Below, piece after piece: positions 1 to 7,613 of a DNA stretch of 28,060 nucleotides. Source of the stretch: an uncultured Candidatus Saccharibacteria bacterium (lineage in GTDB: Bacteria > Patescibacteriota > Minisyncoccia > Phycocordibacterales > UBA2100). The stretch is from NCBI GenBank assembly GCA_964349145.1, contig CAYGFN010000001.1, forward strand, positions 8,683 to 36,742, in the 5' to 3' direction. A program made the position numbers and the translations under genes. The stretch's first letter is position 1. Every line of letters begins with the position of its first letter. Under the pieces are notes generated by a model. It was not told the origin of the DNA and made no database searches. It saw only the letters and a program-made list of their open reading frames with translations.

Positions 1-528
1 TTACTTGCGACGCACCATCAGCATGATCACAATGATGAGAGCGAAGAGCGAGACCGCCATCAGCGGGTACGTAATGTATCCAAATTCAAAAAGCATACGC
101 TGCGCGCAGCTCGGTCCGCTTGCCGGGCATGGCAGCCCCGCACCGGGGAGCATTTGTAGGGCGTGATGATACAGCGCGAAGGCGGCTCCTGCGACGGAGA
201 GCGCAATCGAATAGCATGCGACCCCTGCGTCCCTCTTCCACAGCGCGACGGCAAAGAGAAGTACCTGCGGGTAGAGAAAGATGCGCTGCCACCAGCAGAG
301 AGCACACGGCGCAATGCCCAAAACCTCCGAATAATACAGCGTCAGCGCAGAGCCGATGAATGACAGCGCAAACGCTGCGACCACCCCCCACTTCACCACG
401 ACATCAGAAATGTCACGTAGCGCAGAAGATCGATTGCGGCCCCAGTACACGATTAAGAGCATCACGGTCACCATCTGGATTGCGATGGTGCCGAGTGCGA
501 GTATGTAGTTGGTAGTTTCGAGTGTCAT
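1..528 (-). CDS. dsbB: Disulfide bond formation protein B family membrane oxidoreductase
   Basis: Multiple TM helices; CxxC in PCALCWWQR and a second Cys pair (CPASGPSC). Start set at MTLETT (528), 1 nt after the stop of the upstream gene. Confidence 0.85.
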   Translation of the reverse strand: MTLETTNYILALGTIAIQMVTVMLLIVYWGRNRSSALRDISDVVVKWGVVAAFALSFIGSALTLYYSEVLGIAPCALCWWQRIFLYPQVLLFAVALWKRDAGVACYSIALSVAGAAFALYHHALQMLPGAGLPCPASGPSCAQRMLFEFGYITYPLMAVSLFALIIVIMLMVRRK

Positions 529-529
529 T

Positions 530-901
530 CTAGAGCGTGCACCCGCTTGCCGCGGCGAGCTGCGCACCGGTCAATTCGCCCACCTGACGCGTGCCGTCGG
601 CAAAAATCCACGTCGGGTAGTTCGTTACCTCTTTATCCTTGCACACCTGCAGCTGGCCCTTGCCATCCGGCGTCGAGCATTCGACGTAGGGAAGATCCTT
701 GGCGGCGTTGCCGAACATACGCTTCGTTGCTTGGCAATGTGGGCACCAAAATGCGCCGTAAAACGTCGCTCCCTTCTCCTTCAGACACTGCGCAAGAGGC
801 GCGAGCGCACTTGGTTTTGAGGCAAGATAGATTGCTCCTGCCATAGCGACAAGAAACACGAGCGCTGCGACGGTGAGCCATGTGCGTACTCCCTTTTTCA
901 T
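530..901 (-). CDS. Membrane-anchored thioredoxin-like oxidase (VKOR-associated Trx-like type)
   Basis: N-terminal TM helix, then FYGAFWCPHCQ...LPYVECS...YPTW; TACACT box 7 nt before the ATG. Confidence 0.8.
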   Translation of the reverse strand: MKKGVRTWLTVAALVFLVAMAGAIYLASKPSALAPLAQCLKEKGATFYGAFWCPHCQATKRMFGNAAKDLPYVECSTPDGKGQLQVCKDKEVTNYPTWIFADGTRQVGELTGAQLAAASGCTL

Positions 902-924
902 ATCGAGTAGTGTATCATCCTCCT

Positions 925-1416
925 ATGTTCAGACGCAATGACGAGCCCGTAGACCGCGACTTTCTGCTCCAAGTGGTTCAGCCTGCGCTCATCGGTCTTA
1001 TCGACGGCTCCGTATCTACGCTTGCCCCAATCTTTGCAGCCGCGTATGCGAGCGGCAATCCGCACGTGGTATTTCTCGTAGGCACTGCAGCAGCAGTTGG
1101 TGCTGGCATCTCCATGGCATTTGCTGAGGGCCTCTCGGATACGGGAGAACACACGGGTCGCGGCCACCCGTTCATACGAGGAGCGATTGTTGGCGTCACG
1201 ACATTTTTGGGCGGCATCTTGCACACGCTCCCCTTCTTGATTCCCGATATGAATCTCGCACTCTACTTCGCGTACGCGATTGTGGCGCTCGAGCTTGTGG
1301 CGATCGGATACATCCGATTCCACTATTTCCGCTTGAGCTTTTGGCTTTCGCTCGCGCAAGTCATTTTCGGCGGGGCATTAGTCCTCGCCGCAGGAATTCT
1401 CATCGGCTCCGCCTAA
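925..1416 (+). CDS. VIT1/CCC1 family membrane protein (iron/manganese transporter-like)
   Basis: GLIDGSVSTLAPIFAAA and GISMAFAEGLSD motifs, hydrophobic throughout; TATCAT 6 nt before ATG 925. Confidence 0.8.
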   Translation: MFRRNDEPVDRDFLLQVVQPALIGLIDGSVSTLAPIFAAAYASGNPHVVFLVGTAAAVGAGISMAFAEGLSDTGEHTGRGHPFIRGAIVGVTTFLGGILHTLPFLIPDMNLALYFAYAIVALELVAIGYIRFHYFRLSFWLSLAQVIFGGALVLAAGILIGSA

Positions 1417-1422
1417 CAAAAA

Positions 1423-1531
1423 GCCAGTGGACGGCATCCGCGTTGTTGCGGAGCCTCAACAATTCATTCACCGTACACTTGTACGGCTCTTGAATTGCTT
1501 TCTCCGCGCCTAGCGGCTGCCGCCCCTTGGC
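1423..1531 (+). repeat. Structured repeat, family C copy 1, between convergent genes
   Basis: Core GTTGCGGAGCCTCA-N9-TCACCGTAC-N4-GTACGGCTC-N9-TTTCTCCGCGCCT (1445-1511) inside an imperfect 19-bp outer stem; same core reversed within 17097-17216. Confidence 0.8.
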
Positions 1532-1537
1532 TTCTTG

Positions 1538-1975
1538 TTACGATGTTTTCTTCTTTTTTCTAGTGGAACGACAATTCGCAGCGTGACACTTGCATCCGAT
1601 GGGGCGGATGAATTCGTCGAAGTATTCGTCATCGTAGTCGATGAGGAGCTCCTCCCCCGCCTCGATATCGCGAACCGCGTAGATATTGATGTGTTTTGAG
1701 CCATCATCCTCTTCGTCTATTTCCGCCTCGACACTGGGATCGCACGAATGATTGATGTATTTAGCAGTATTGTCGTCCGTGTCGCCGTTGAGTGTGACTT
1801 TCTCGTCGACCTCGAAGAGATAGCGCCCGGGATGATCGTCAGCTTCCTCCGCCGTGAGCGGGACACCAGTGTATTCCAAAATAAAGGTCCCCTTCTTGAT
1901 GGGGGTCTTTGCGAACAGTCCCTTGCCGACACCTTCTTGCAAAGATTCTTTGATATCGAAGTCGTTGCTTTTCAT
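1538..1975 (-). CDS. SET-domain protein-lysine methyltransferase
   Basis: GKGLFA, KYINHSCDP, EELLIDY and post-SET CKCHAANC motifs. Confidence 0.9.
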   Translation of the reverse strand: MKSNDFDIKESLQEGVGKGLFAKTPIKKGTFILEYTGVPLTAEEADDHPGRYLFEVDEKVTLNGDTDDNTAKYINHSCDPSVEAEIDEEDDGSKHINIYAVRDIEAGEELLIDYDDEYFDEFIRPIGCKCHAANCRSTRKKKKTS

Positions 1976-1986
1976 CGCGTCGCGAG

Positions 1987-2054
1987 TATACCCCGTGAGA
2001 TATGTAACTACTAATTTCCCTAGGAAGAACGACTGGATTATCTCATGGGGTATA
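1987..2054 (+). repeat. Inverted-repeat element, family A copy 1 (36-nt interior)
   Basis: TATACCCCGTGAGATA (1987-2002) ... TATCTCATGGGGTATA (2039-2054), between the divergent SET gene and hisS. Confidence 0.9.
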
Positions 2055-2067
2055 GCATAATGCTGCC

Positions 2068-3327
2068 ATGTCCGAGCGAAAGAAAATATCCACCGAGAGC
2101 TACAAAGGGGTGCGTGACTTCTACCCTGAGGATCAGTTCGTGCAGCGATACATGTTTGAGCATATGGAGCGCGTCTGCGAGCTGTATGGCTACGAGGAGT
2201 ACAATGCCTCCGTACTTGAGCCTGCCGAGCTTTACCGCGCCAAGTCCTCTGATGAAATCGTCAACGACCAGACGTACACCTTTACCGATCGTGGCGATCG
2301 CGAGGTGACACTCCGCCCCGAAATGACGCCGACCTTTGCACGCCTCGTCGCAGCAAAATCGCGAGAAATTCCGATGCCTGCGCGATGGTACTCCATACAA
2401 AATTTCTTTCGCTACGAACGCCCACAACGAGGACGCGTGCGTGAATTCTGGCAGCTCAATGCGGACATCGTCGGAGCATCCGGCGTCGAAGCAGATGCAG
2501 AGGTGATTTCCATGGCACACGCGATTATGCGCAGCCTCGGAGCAGAAGAGCGTGATTTCGAGATTCGGGTCTCGGACCGCCGCATACTGGACTCGCTCTT
2601 TGAAGAAGTGAGTGTCGCGGAGGGAGACCGCGCCGAGGTCATGCGCCTCCTCGACCGACGAGAGAAAATTGATAATTTCGCTTCGCAACTTGAAGAGCTG
2701 GTCGGCAGCGAGAAATCCGGTGCACTCGTGAACAAAATTGATACCATCACATCGTCTGCATACCTTGAGGAACTTCGGATAATGCTCGAGCAGCTCGGCG
2801 TCCGGAATATGATTGTAGATACAAAAATTACGCGCGGATTTGACTACTACACGGGTATGGTATTCGAAGTATTTGATACCACGCCGGAAAATCGTCGCTC
2901 CATGTTTGGCGGGGGCCGCTACGATGACCTGCTGGGCCTTTTTGGTGGCGAGAAAATCCCCGCCGTCGGATTCGCCATGGGAGACGTCACGGCGCGAGAT
3001 TTTCTCGAGACACACAATTTGCTGCCCGAGTACGCTCCCGCTACCGAATTGATGCTCTGCATCGTTGACGAGGATGCGACGAGCCACGCCATGCGGCTCG
3101 CGCAAGACCTGCGCCGCGAAGACGTGACCGTGGCGGTGAATTTTTCCGGCAAGAAAATCGGCGATCAGATACGTCAGGCGGACAAGATGAAAGTCCCCTT
3201 CGTCATCGCAATCGGCGGCAAAGAGCGTGACAGCGGACGCTACACGATAAAAAATCTCTCCTCCGGGCAAGAAATGACCTTGCCGGCGGATCGCATTTCA
3301 GAGCACTTGTTTTCATCCCTCGGATAG
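2068..3327 (+). CDS. hisS: Histidine--tRNA ligase
   Basis: YKGVRDFYP, LRPEMTP, FRYERPQRGRVREFWQ, RGFDYYTG and GGGRYD motifs, plus a C-terminal anticodon-binding domain. Confidence 0.97.
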   Translation: MSERKKISTESYKGVRDFYPEDQFVQRYMFEHMERVCELYGYEEYNASVLEPAELYRAKSSDEIVNDQTYTFTDRGDREVTLRPEMTPTFARLVAAKSREIPMPARWYSIQNFFRYERPQRGRVREFWQLNADIVGASGVEADAEVISMAHAIMRSLGAEERDFEIRVSDRRILDSLFEEVSVAEGDRAEVMRLLDRREKIDNFASQLEELVGSEKSGALVNKIDTITSSAYLEELRIMLEQLGVRNMIVDTKITRGFDYYTGMVFEVFDTTPENRRSMFGGGRYDDLLGLFGGEKIPAVGFAMGDVTARDFLETHNLLPEYAPATELMLCIVDEDATSHAMRLAQDLRREDVTVAVNFSGKKIGDQIRQADKMKVPFVIAIGGKERDSGRYTIKNLSSGQEMTLPADRISEHLFSSLG

Positions 3328-3362
3328 GTTCTCCAAAAATGGTGCGTGATATACTCCCCTCG

Positions 3363-3932
3363 ATGCGCGTCGTGACATTTGATATTGAGACGGCCAACTG
3401 GCTCTCTGAAGGCTCCGGCATGTCGGATTTGAACATCGCAATCGCGTGTATCCACGACTCCGAGACCGATTCCTACTCGAGCTATCTCGAATCCGAGCTC
3501 CCGCAGCTCTGGCCCATCCTCGAGCGCACCGACATGCTCGTCGGCTACAATTCGAATCATTTCGACATCCCGCTCCTTAATAAATACTACCCCGGTGATC
3601 TCACCAAAATCAAAAGCCTCGACCTCCTCCTCGAGGTCAAAAACGTGCTGGGAAGGAGCCTGCGCCTTGATGCTATTGCCGAAGGCACGCTCGGCACCAA
3701 AAAGACTGGGAGCGGCGCACAGTCGCTCCAGTGGTGGCGCGCTGGCGAAATTGATAAAGTCCGGCAGTACTGCATCAAGGATGTGGAAATCACCAGGCGG
3801 ATTTTTGACTACGCGATGGAAAAAGGCGGCATCACATACAAAGAACTCGGCCGCTCACACGAGGTAAAGCTCGATACTTCGAACTGGCTCACCCCCGCAA
3901 ACAAGGGAATGACTTTTTCCCTCGGTTTCTAA
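3363..3932 (+). CDS. RNase H-like / DEDD exonuclease-fold protein (YprB/RNase_H_2-like)
   Basis: VTFDIET, LVGYNSNHFDIP, YCIKDVEIT motifs; TATACT 7 nt before ATG 3363. Confidence 0.8.
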   Translation: MRVVTFDIETANWLSEGSGMSDLNIAIACIHDSETDSYSSYLESELPQLWPILERTDMLVGYNSNHFDIPLLNKYYPGDLTKIKSLDLLLEVKNVLGRSLRLDAIAEGTLGTKKTGSGAQSLQWWRAGEIDKVRQYCIKDVEITRRIFDYAMEKGGITYKELGRSHEVKLDTSNWLTPANKGMTFSLGF

Positions 3933-3943
3933 ATCTAAATCGG

Positions 3944-4016
3944 TGCCTGGGATCAGATTTGCACTGATGACCCTTCCCTCTTCAGGGGAATGCTCTACTA
4001 ACTGAGCTACCCAGGC
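3944..4016 (-). tRNA. tRNA-Phe(GAA), CCA not encoded
   Basis: 73-nt cloverleaf GCCTGGG/CCCAGGC; anticodon arm TTCCC-CTGAAGA-GGGAA; atypical A18, G55, G37. Confidence 0.92.
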
Positions 4017-4108
4017 AAGTGAGGGAAAATGGGAAGGCTTGCCTTCACATTTTACCCGAGCGCCGCCTAGACACGAATGTACCCAGGCGAACGTCGACAA
4101 TATACCAT

Positions 4109-4417
4109 TTATTGAGCAGTGCTAGAAGCCGAAGGTGCGCCCTGCATGGTGTCCTTAAATCGCGAAAGTATCTGCATCCACTCGGCAAATTGCCCTTCGA
4201 GCTCCGTCTTCTTCCCCGACGCGCTGGTAACCGTCGTCTCGATTTGCTGGACAATTGGAGCGAGATACGTGAAGTACAACCAAATCGGGACGCCAAGTGC
4301 GAGTACGTACAAGAAAAGTCGCAACATGCCGCCCCAAAAAGCGTGCCGCTTCAGCGAATGCAGCATCGCATTGTTCTCCTTGGTGAGCCGGTAGATTTCC
4401 TTCAGCTGCGGATCCAT
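4109..4417 (-). CDS. Hypothetical single-TM protein
   Basis: Open frame with one TM segment (FLYVLALGVPIWLYF); TAGAAT 7 nt before ATG 4417. Confidence 0.7.
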   Translation of the reverse strand: MDPQLKEIYRLTKENNAMLHSLKRHAFWGGMLRLFLYVLALGVPIWLYFTYLAPIVQQIETTVTSASGKKTELEGQFAEWMQILSRFKDTMQGAPSASSTAQ

Positions 4418-4458
4418 GCCCGTCATTCTAACATTCACGTGCTACAGTATTTCCGTCC

Positions 4459-4530
4459 GCCCCCATAGCTCAATGGATAGAGCAGTCCCGTCCTAAGGGA
4501 GAGATGTGAGTTCGATTCTTGCTGGGGGCA
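4459..4530 (+). tRNA. tRNA-Arg(CCT)
   Basis: GCCCCCA/TGGGGGC acceptor stem, A20, anticodon loop GT-CCT-AA, TTCGA T-loop. Confidence 0.9.
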
Positions 4531-4767
4531 CTAGAGACCAAGCAATTGCTTGAGACGCTCCTCGTCGAAGCCGACGATGAGCTCGTTGTCGACCGTGATG
4601 ACAGGCACGCCCATCTGGCCGCTCCTTTGAATCATCTCCTGACGCTTTGCAAGATCGGACCCCACATTATGCTCCGTGTACGGCACATGATTGTCCGTAA
4701 AGAAATCTTTTGCAGCATGACAGAAGTGGCATGTCGGGGTTGAATAGATAGTGACGGTGTGTGCCAT
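4531..4767 (-). CDS. Glutaredoxin / NrdH-like redoxin
   Basis: YSTPTCHFCH, GQMGVPVI and IVGFD motifs; 78 aa from MAHTV. The ORF-track extension runs through tRNA-Gly and is spurious. Confidence 0.9.
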   Translation of the reverse strand: MAHTVTIYSTPTCHFCHAAKDFFTDNHVPYTEHNVGSDLAKRQEMIQRSGQMGVPVITVDNELIVGFDEERLKQLLGL

Positions 4768-4839
4768 AGCGTGTGTGCAAATGAATAAGGATTCGCAGTA
4801 TACCATTGCGCAGAATTCACCGACAAGGGGATATCTCGG

Positions 4840-4910
4840 TGCGGGTACCGGGAATCGAACCCGGGTCTCAACCTTGGGAAGGTCGCATTCTGCCACTAAA
4901 CCATACCCGC
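4840..4910 (-). tRNA. tRNA-Gly(CCC)
   Basis: GCGGGTA/TACCCGC acceptor stem, CGACC-TTCCCAA-GGTTG anticodon arm, GGTTCGATTCC T-arm; discriminator A. Confidence 0.93.
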
Positions 4911-4962
4911 TTACGGCATTAATCTACCACGAAGCCTGAATCTTGCAGCGAGCGGAGTGAGT

Positions 4963-5053
4963 GCGAGTATGTGGCGCGGAATCTCCCGCGGGCGAAGAGC
5001 CGAGGATTAAGGCTTTTCAGTGGGAAAAGCCGGGTTCCGCGCCGCATACTCGC
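4963..5053 (+). repeat. Structured repeat, family B copy 1
   Basis: 21-bp stem (4963-4983/5033-5053, two G-T pairs) enclosing a 49-nt core that is 47/49 identical to 12321-12369. Confidence 0.9.
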
Positions 5054-5066
5054 CGAACGAAGCCCC

Positions 5067-5441
5067 TTACCAGAAGATAAAGAATCGCTGCACCTTCTCG
5101 AGGAATGTGGGTGGCACTTCAACAGGCTCGGGGGTGGGTGGTTCCACGATGACAATAAGCCCCTCACCCTGCTTCCCGACGTCGTATTGTTCCCGAAGCG
5201 CCTCTTCCTGCCCGCGATCTGTTTTGAGCTTCTCGGTGTCACGACGAAGACGTTCGGCCTGCTCCTCAAGCTCGGATTGCTCGACTTCTGCATACTCACG
5301 AAGCGTCCGCGAGTCACGCTCCTTGCCGTAGACCTGCCACACGCCGATAGCCGCTCCGAGGACAACGAGCACTAGGACGAACGTCGCCGTACGCCTCAAA
5401 AAAAGGCGTACCGGATCATGCGTATTCCGGAAATTTGCCAT
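5067..5441 (-). CDS. Septum formation initiator family protein (FtsB/DivIC-like)
   Basis: N-terminal TM, coiled coil, then EEALREQYDVGKQGEGLIVIVE; TAGGAT 6 nt before the ATG. Confidence 0.75.
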   Translation of the reverse strand: MANFRNTHDPVRLFLRRTATFVLVLVVLGAAIGVWQVYGKERDSRTLREYAEVEQSELEEQAERLRRDTEKLKTDRGQEEALREQYDVGKQGEGLIVIVEPPTPEPVEVPPTFLEKVQRFFIFW

Positions 5442-5469
5442 TTCCGTATCCTATCATTACAATGCACCT

Positions 5470-5598
5470 ATGAGTTTTTTGTTTCATAAACGCACCAAGA
5501 AAGTCATCAACTTCTTTGCGGGTGGCATCGCCATCATCCTCATTTTGAGCATGGTGATTTTCTTCGCCCCGGGGATTCTGGAGCTTCTCTTGGCGTAG
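5470..5598 (+). CDS. 42-aa single-TM small protein, missing from the ORF track
   Basis: MSFLFHKRTKKVINFFAGGIAIILILSMVIFFAPGILELLLA*; TACAAT 6 nt before the ATG; fills the gap between the ftsB-like gene and lepA. Confidence 0.7.
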   Translation: MSFLFHKRTKKVINFFAGGIAIILILSMVIFFAPGILELLLA

Positions 5599-5607
5599 TA
5601 GCCACTC

Positions 5608-7392
5608 CTAAGTTTCTCGGATTACTTTGAGAAAGACGTCATTTGGGATGTCGACTTTTCCACGCGCGAGCATCTTTTTCTTGCCGCGCTTCTGCTTGTC
5701 GAGCAATTTATTCTTGCGCGATACGTCTCCGCCATAGAGATAGCCTGTCACGTCCTTGCGCATGGCGGATTTTCTTCGCGACGCAATAATCTTGCCATCC
5801 GCTTTTGCTTGAATCTTGAGCTCAAAAAGCTGTCTCGGAAGTAGCTTCTCGAGCTTCTCCACCATCGCTTCCGCCTCGTGCGCGACTCGTCGCTTGGATA
5901 CAATGCGCGCAAATGCAGGTACCGGATCTTCTGCGACAAGCACGTCGAGCCGCATCACATCGGCGTCCTTCATACCGGTGAGCGTGTACGAGAGTGATGC
6001 AAAGCCGCTCGAAATACTCTTGAGTTTGTCAAAAAAGCCGCGCATGAGTTCACGCAGAGGCATTTCCGCGTGCACCGCGGTCTTGCCATCAGGTAATGAT
6101 TCACTCTCTCCCACCACTGCTTCATGGTCGTACAGTATCTGTGCGATACCTCCCAAATATGCAGGCGGCGACATCACTACCACATCGGCCCAGAGCTCTT
6201 CGATTCGTTTTGCTTGCCCCGAATCGGGAAATCGTGCAGGCGCGTAGACATCCTCAATCTCCCCGCTTGGGTGAGTGATTCGATAGACTGTCGTCGGCAT
6301 GGTCACAACAAGCTCGAGATTAAATTCGCGCTTGAGCCGCTCGATGACGATTTCCAAATGGAGCATACCGAGGAATCCGCATCGAAATCCCTTGCCCATA
6401 ATTCCCGATGATTCTTCTTCGTACGAAAGTGATGAGTCCGAAAGGCGCAGTCGATCGAGCGATTGCCGCAATAGCGGGAGATCGTCCTGAGATTCCGGGT
6501 ACACGCTTGCCCAGATGACCGGAGTGGGTTGCTGGTATCCCGGCAATTCCGGTGCCGCGTTGCGCACCGAGACGACCGTATCGCCTACCGAGGCAATGCC
6601 CGGGCGCTTTACGCCCGTCACGATGTAGCCAATTTCTCCCTGCGCAAGTTCTTCGGCGGGTGTCTCATCCGGCATCATGCGCCCCACCTCGACTGCAATG
6701 AAATCCGCATTCGCGGCCGCAAAACGGAGCGCATCCCCTTTTTTAATCGAGCCACCAAAGACGCGCGTATACACAATGACTCCTCGATGGTCCGAATACC
6801 CGAAATCGAAAATGAGCGCCTGCGTTGCGGCTCCCGACGACGTCGGGGGTGGTACGCGCCGGACCACTTCATCGAGCAGATGCTCGACACCCTGTCCCGT
6901 TTTCCCTGATACCGGCAATACATCGGCCTCATCGCATCCGAGAAGGAGGGCGAGCTCGCTCGTGATGTCTGCCACTCGAGAAGCGGGAACGTCAATTTTG
7001 GACACCGCTGGCACGATGACGAGCCCCAATTCTTTCGCGACCGAGAGGACCGAGAGTGTCTGTGCTTCGATACCCTGAGTCGAGTCTACGAGCAAGACGA
7101 CGCCCTCGACCGCCTTGAGGGCGCGCGAGACTTCGTACGAGAAATCTACGTGCCCCGGCGTATCGATGAGATTAATGATGTAATCCGCTCCTCCCACCTT
7201 CCAGCTCATGCGCACGGGCTGCATTTTGATGGTGATACCTCGCTCGCGCTCGAGATCCATGCGATCAAGGACCTGCTCCTGCATGTTTCGCTTCTCAATG
7301 GTGTGAGTCAGCTCGAGCATGCGGTCGGCAAGAGTACTTTTACCATGGTCGATATGAGCAATAATGCTGAAATTTCTGATATTGGAAGACAT
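5608..7392 (-). CDS. lepA: Elongation factor 4 (LepA)
   Basis: MSSNIRNFSIIAHIDHGKSTLADR, ERERGITIK, LIDTPGHVDF, GFRCGFLGMLH, KLLDKQKRGKKKM. True start is 7392, not 7452. Confidence 0.97.
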   Translation of the reverse strand: MSSNIRNFSIIAHIDHGKSTLADRMLELTHTIEKRNMQEQVLDRMDLERERGITIKMQPVRMSWKVGGADYIINLIDTPGHVDFSYEVSRALKAVEGVVLLVDSTQGIEAQTLSVLSVAKELGLVIVPAVSKIDVPASRVADITSELALLLGCDEADVLPVSGKTGQGVEHLLDEVVRRVPPPTSSGAATQALIFDFGYSDHRGVIVYTRVFGGSIKKGDALRFAAANADFIAVEVGRMMPDETPAEELAQGEIGYIVTGVKRPGIASVGDTVVSVRNAAPELPGYQQPTPVIWASVYPESQDDLPLLRQSLDRLRLSDSSLSYEEESSGIMGKGFRCGFLGMLHLEIVIERLKREFNLELVVTMPTTVYRITHPSGEIEDVYAPARFPDSGQAKRIEELWADVVVMSPPAYLGGIAQILYDHEAVVGESESLPDGKTAVHAEMPLRELMRGFFDKLKSISSGFASLSYTLTGMKDADVMRLDVLVAEDPVPAFARIVSKRRVAHEAEAMVEKLEKLLPRQLFELKIQAKADGKIIASRRKSAMRKDVTGYLYGGDVSRKNKLLDKQKRGKKKMLARGKVDIPNDVFLKVIRET

Positions 7393-7393
7393 A

Positions 7394-7522
7394 TCATTTA
7401 CCCGCCTGCCCCGTTGGAAGCGTAGCTTTCCAACCGGGGTGATCAACCCCATTAGAGACGCGAAGCGCTCTAATGGGGCACGTGTGAGCGATTATGGAAA
7501 AGTTTCTGATGTTCTGAGACAT
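7394..7522 (-). pseudogene. 42-codon upstream ORF: duplicated lepA N-terminus with two in-frame 36-nt palindromic inserts
   Basis: MSQNIRNFSIIAH[TCPIRALRVSNG]VDH[PGWKATLPTGQA]GK*; TATAGT 8 nt before the ATG; the TGA ends 1 nt before the lepA ATG. Confidence 0.85.
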
Positions 7523-7532
7523 GGAGAGACAC

Positions 7533-7600
7533 TATACCCCGTGAGATAAAAGAACTCTAATTACCTGAACTGCGCGGGACGATGTATCTCATGGGGTATA
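7533..7600 (+). repeat. Inverted-repeat element, family A copy 2 (36-nt interior)
   Basis: TATACCCCGTGAGATA (7533-7548) ... TATCTCATGGGGTATA (7585-7600). Confidence 0.9.
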
Positions 7601-7613
7601 CCCCACTCATCGC

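Noticed and set aside
2038-3270. 410-aa antisense ORF opposite hisS, and similar long shadow ORFs (14104-14718, 19762-20445, 26883-27638)
   Set aside because: They overlap well-supported genes on the other strand and have no recognisable motifs; expected in GC-rich coding DNA.
7393-7452. ORF-track N-terminal extension of LepA (MGLITPVGK...)
   Set aside because: The ATG comes from a palindrome arm; conserved LepA sequence begins at 7392.
7394-7522. TGA readthrough or alternative code fusing the uORF to lepA
   Set aside because: The frames differ (130-nt offset), and TGA ends other genes here (15864, 27066, 27434).
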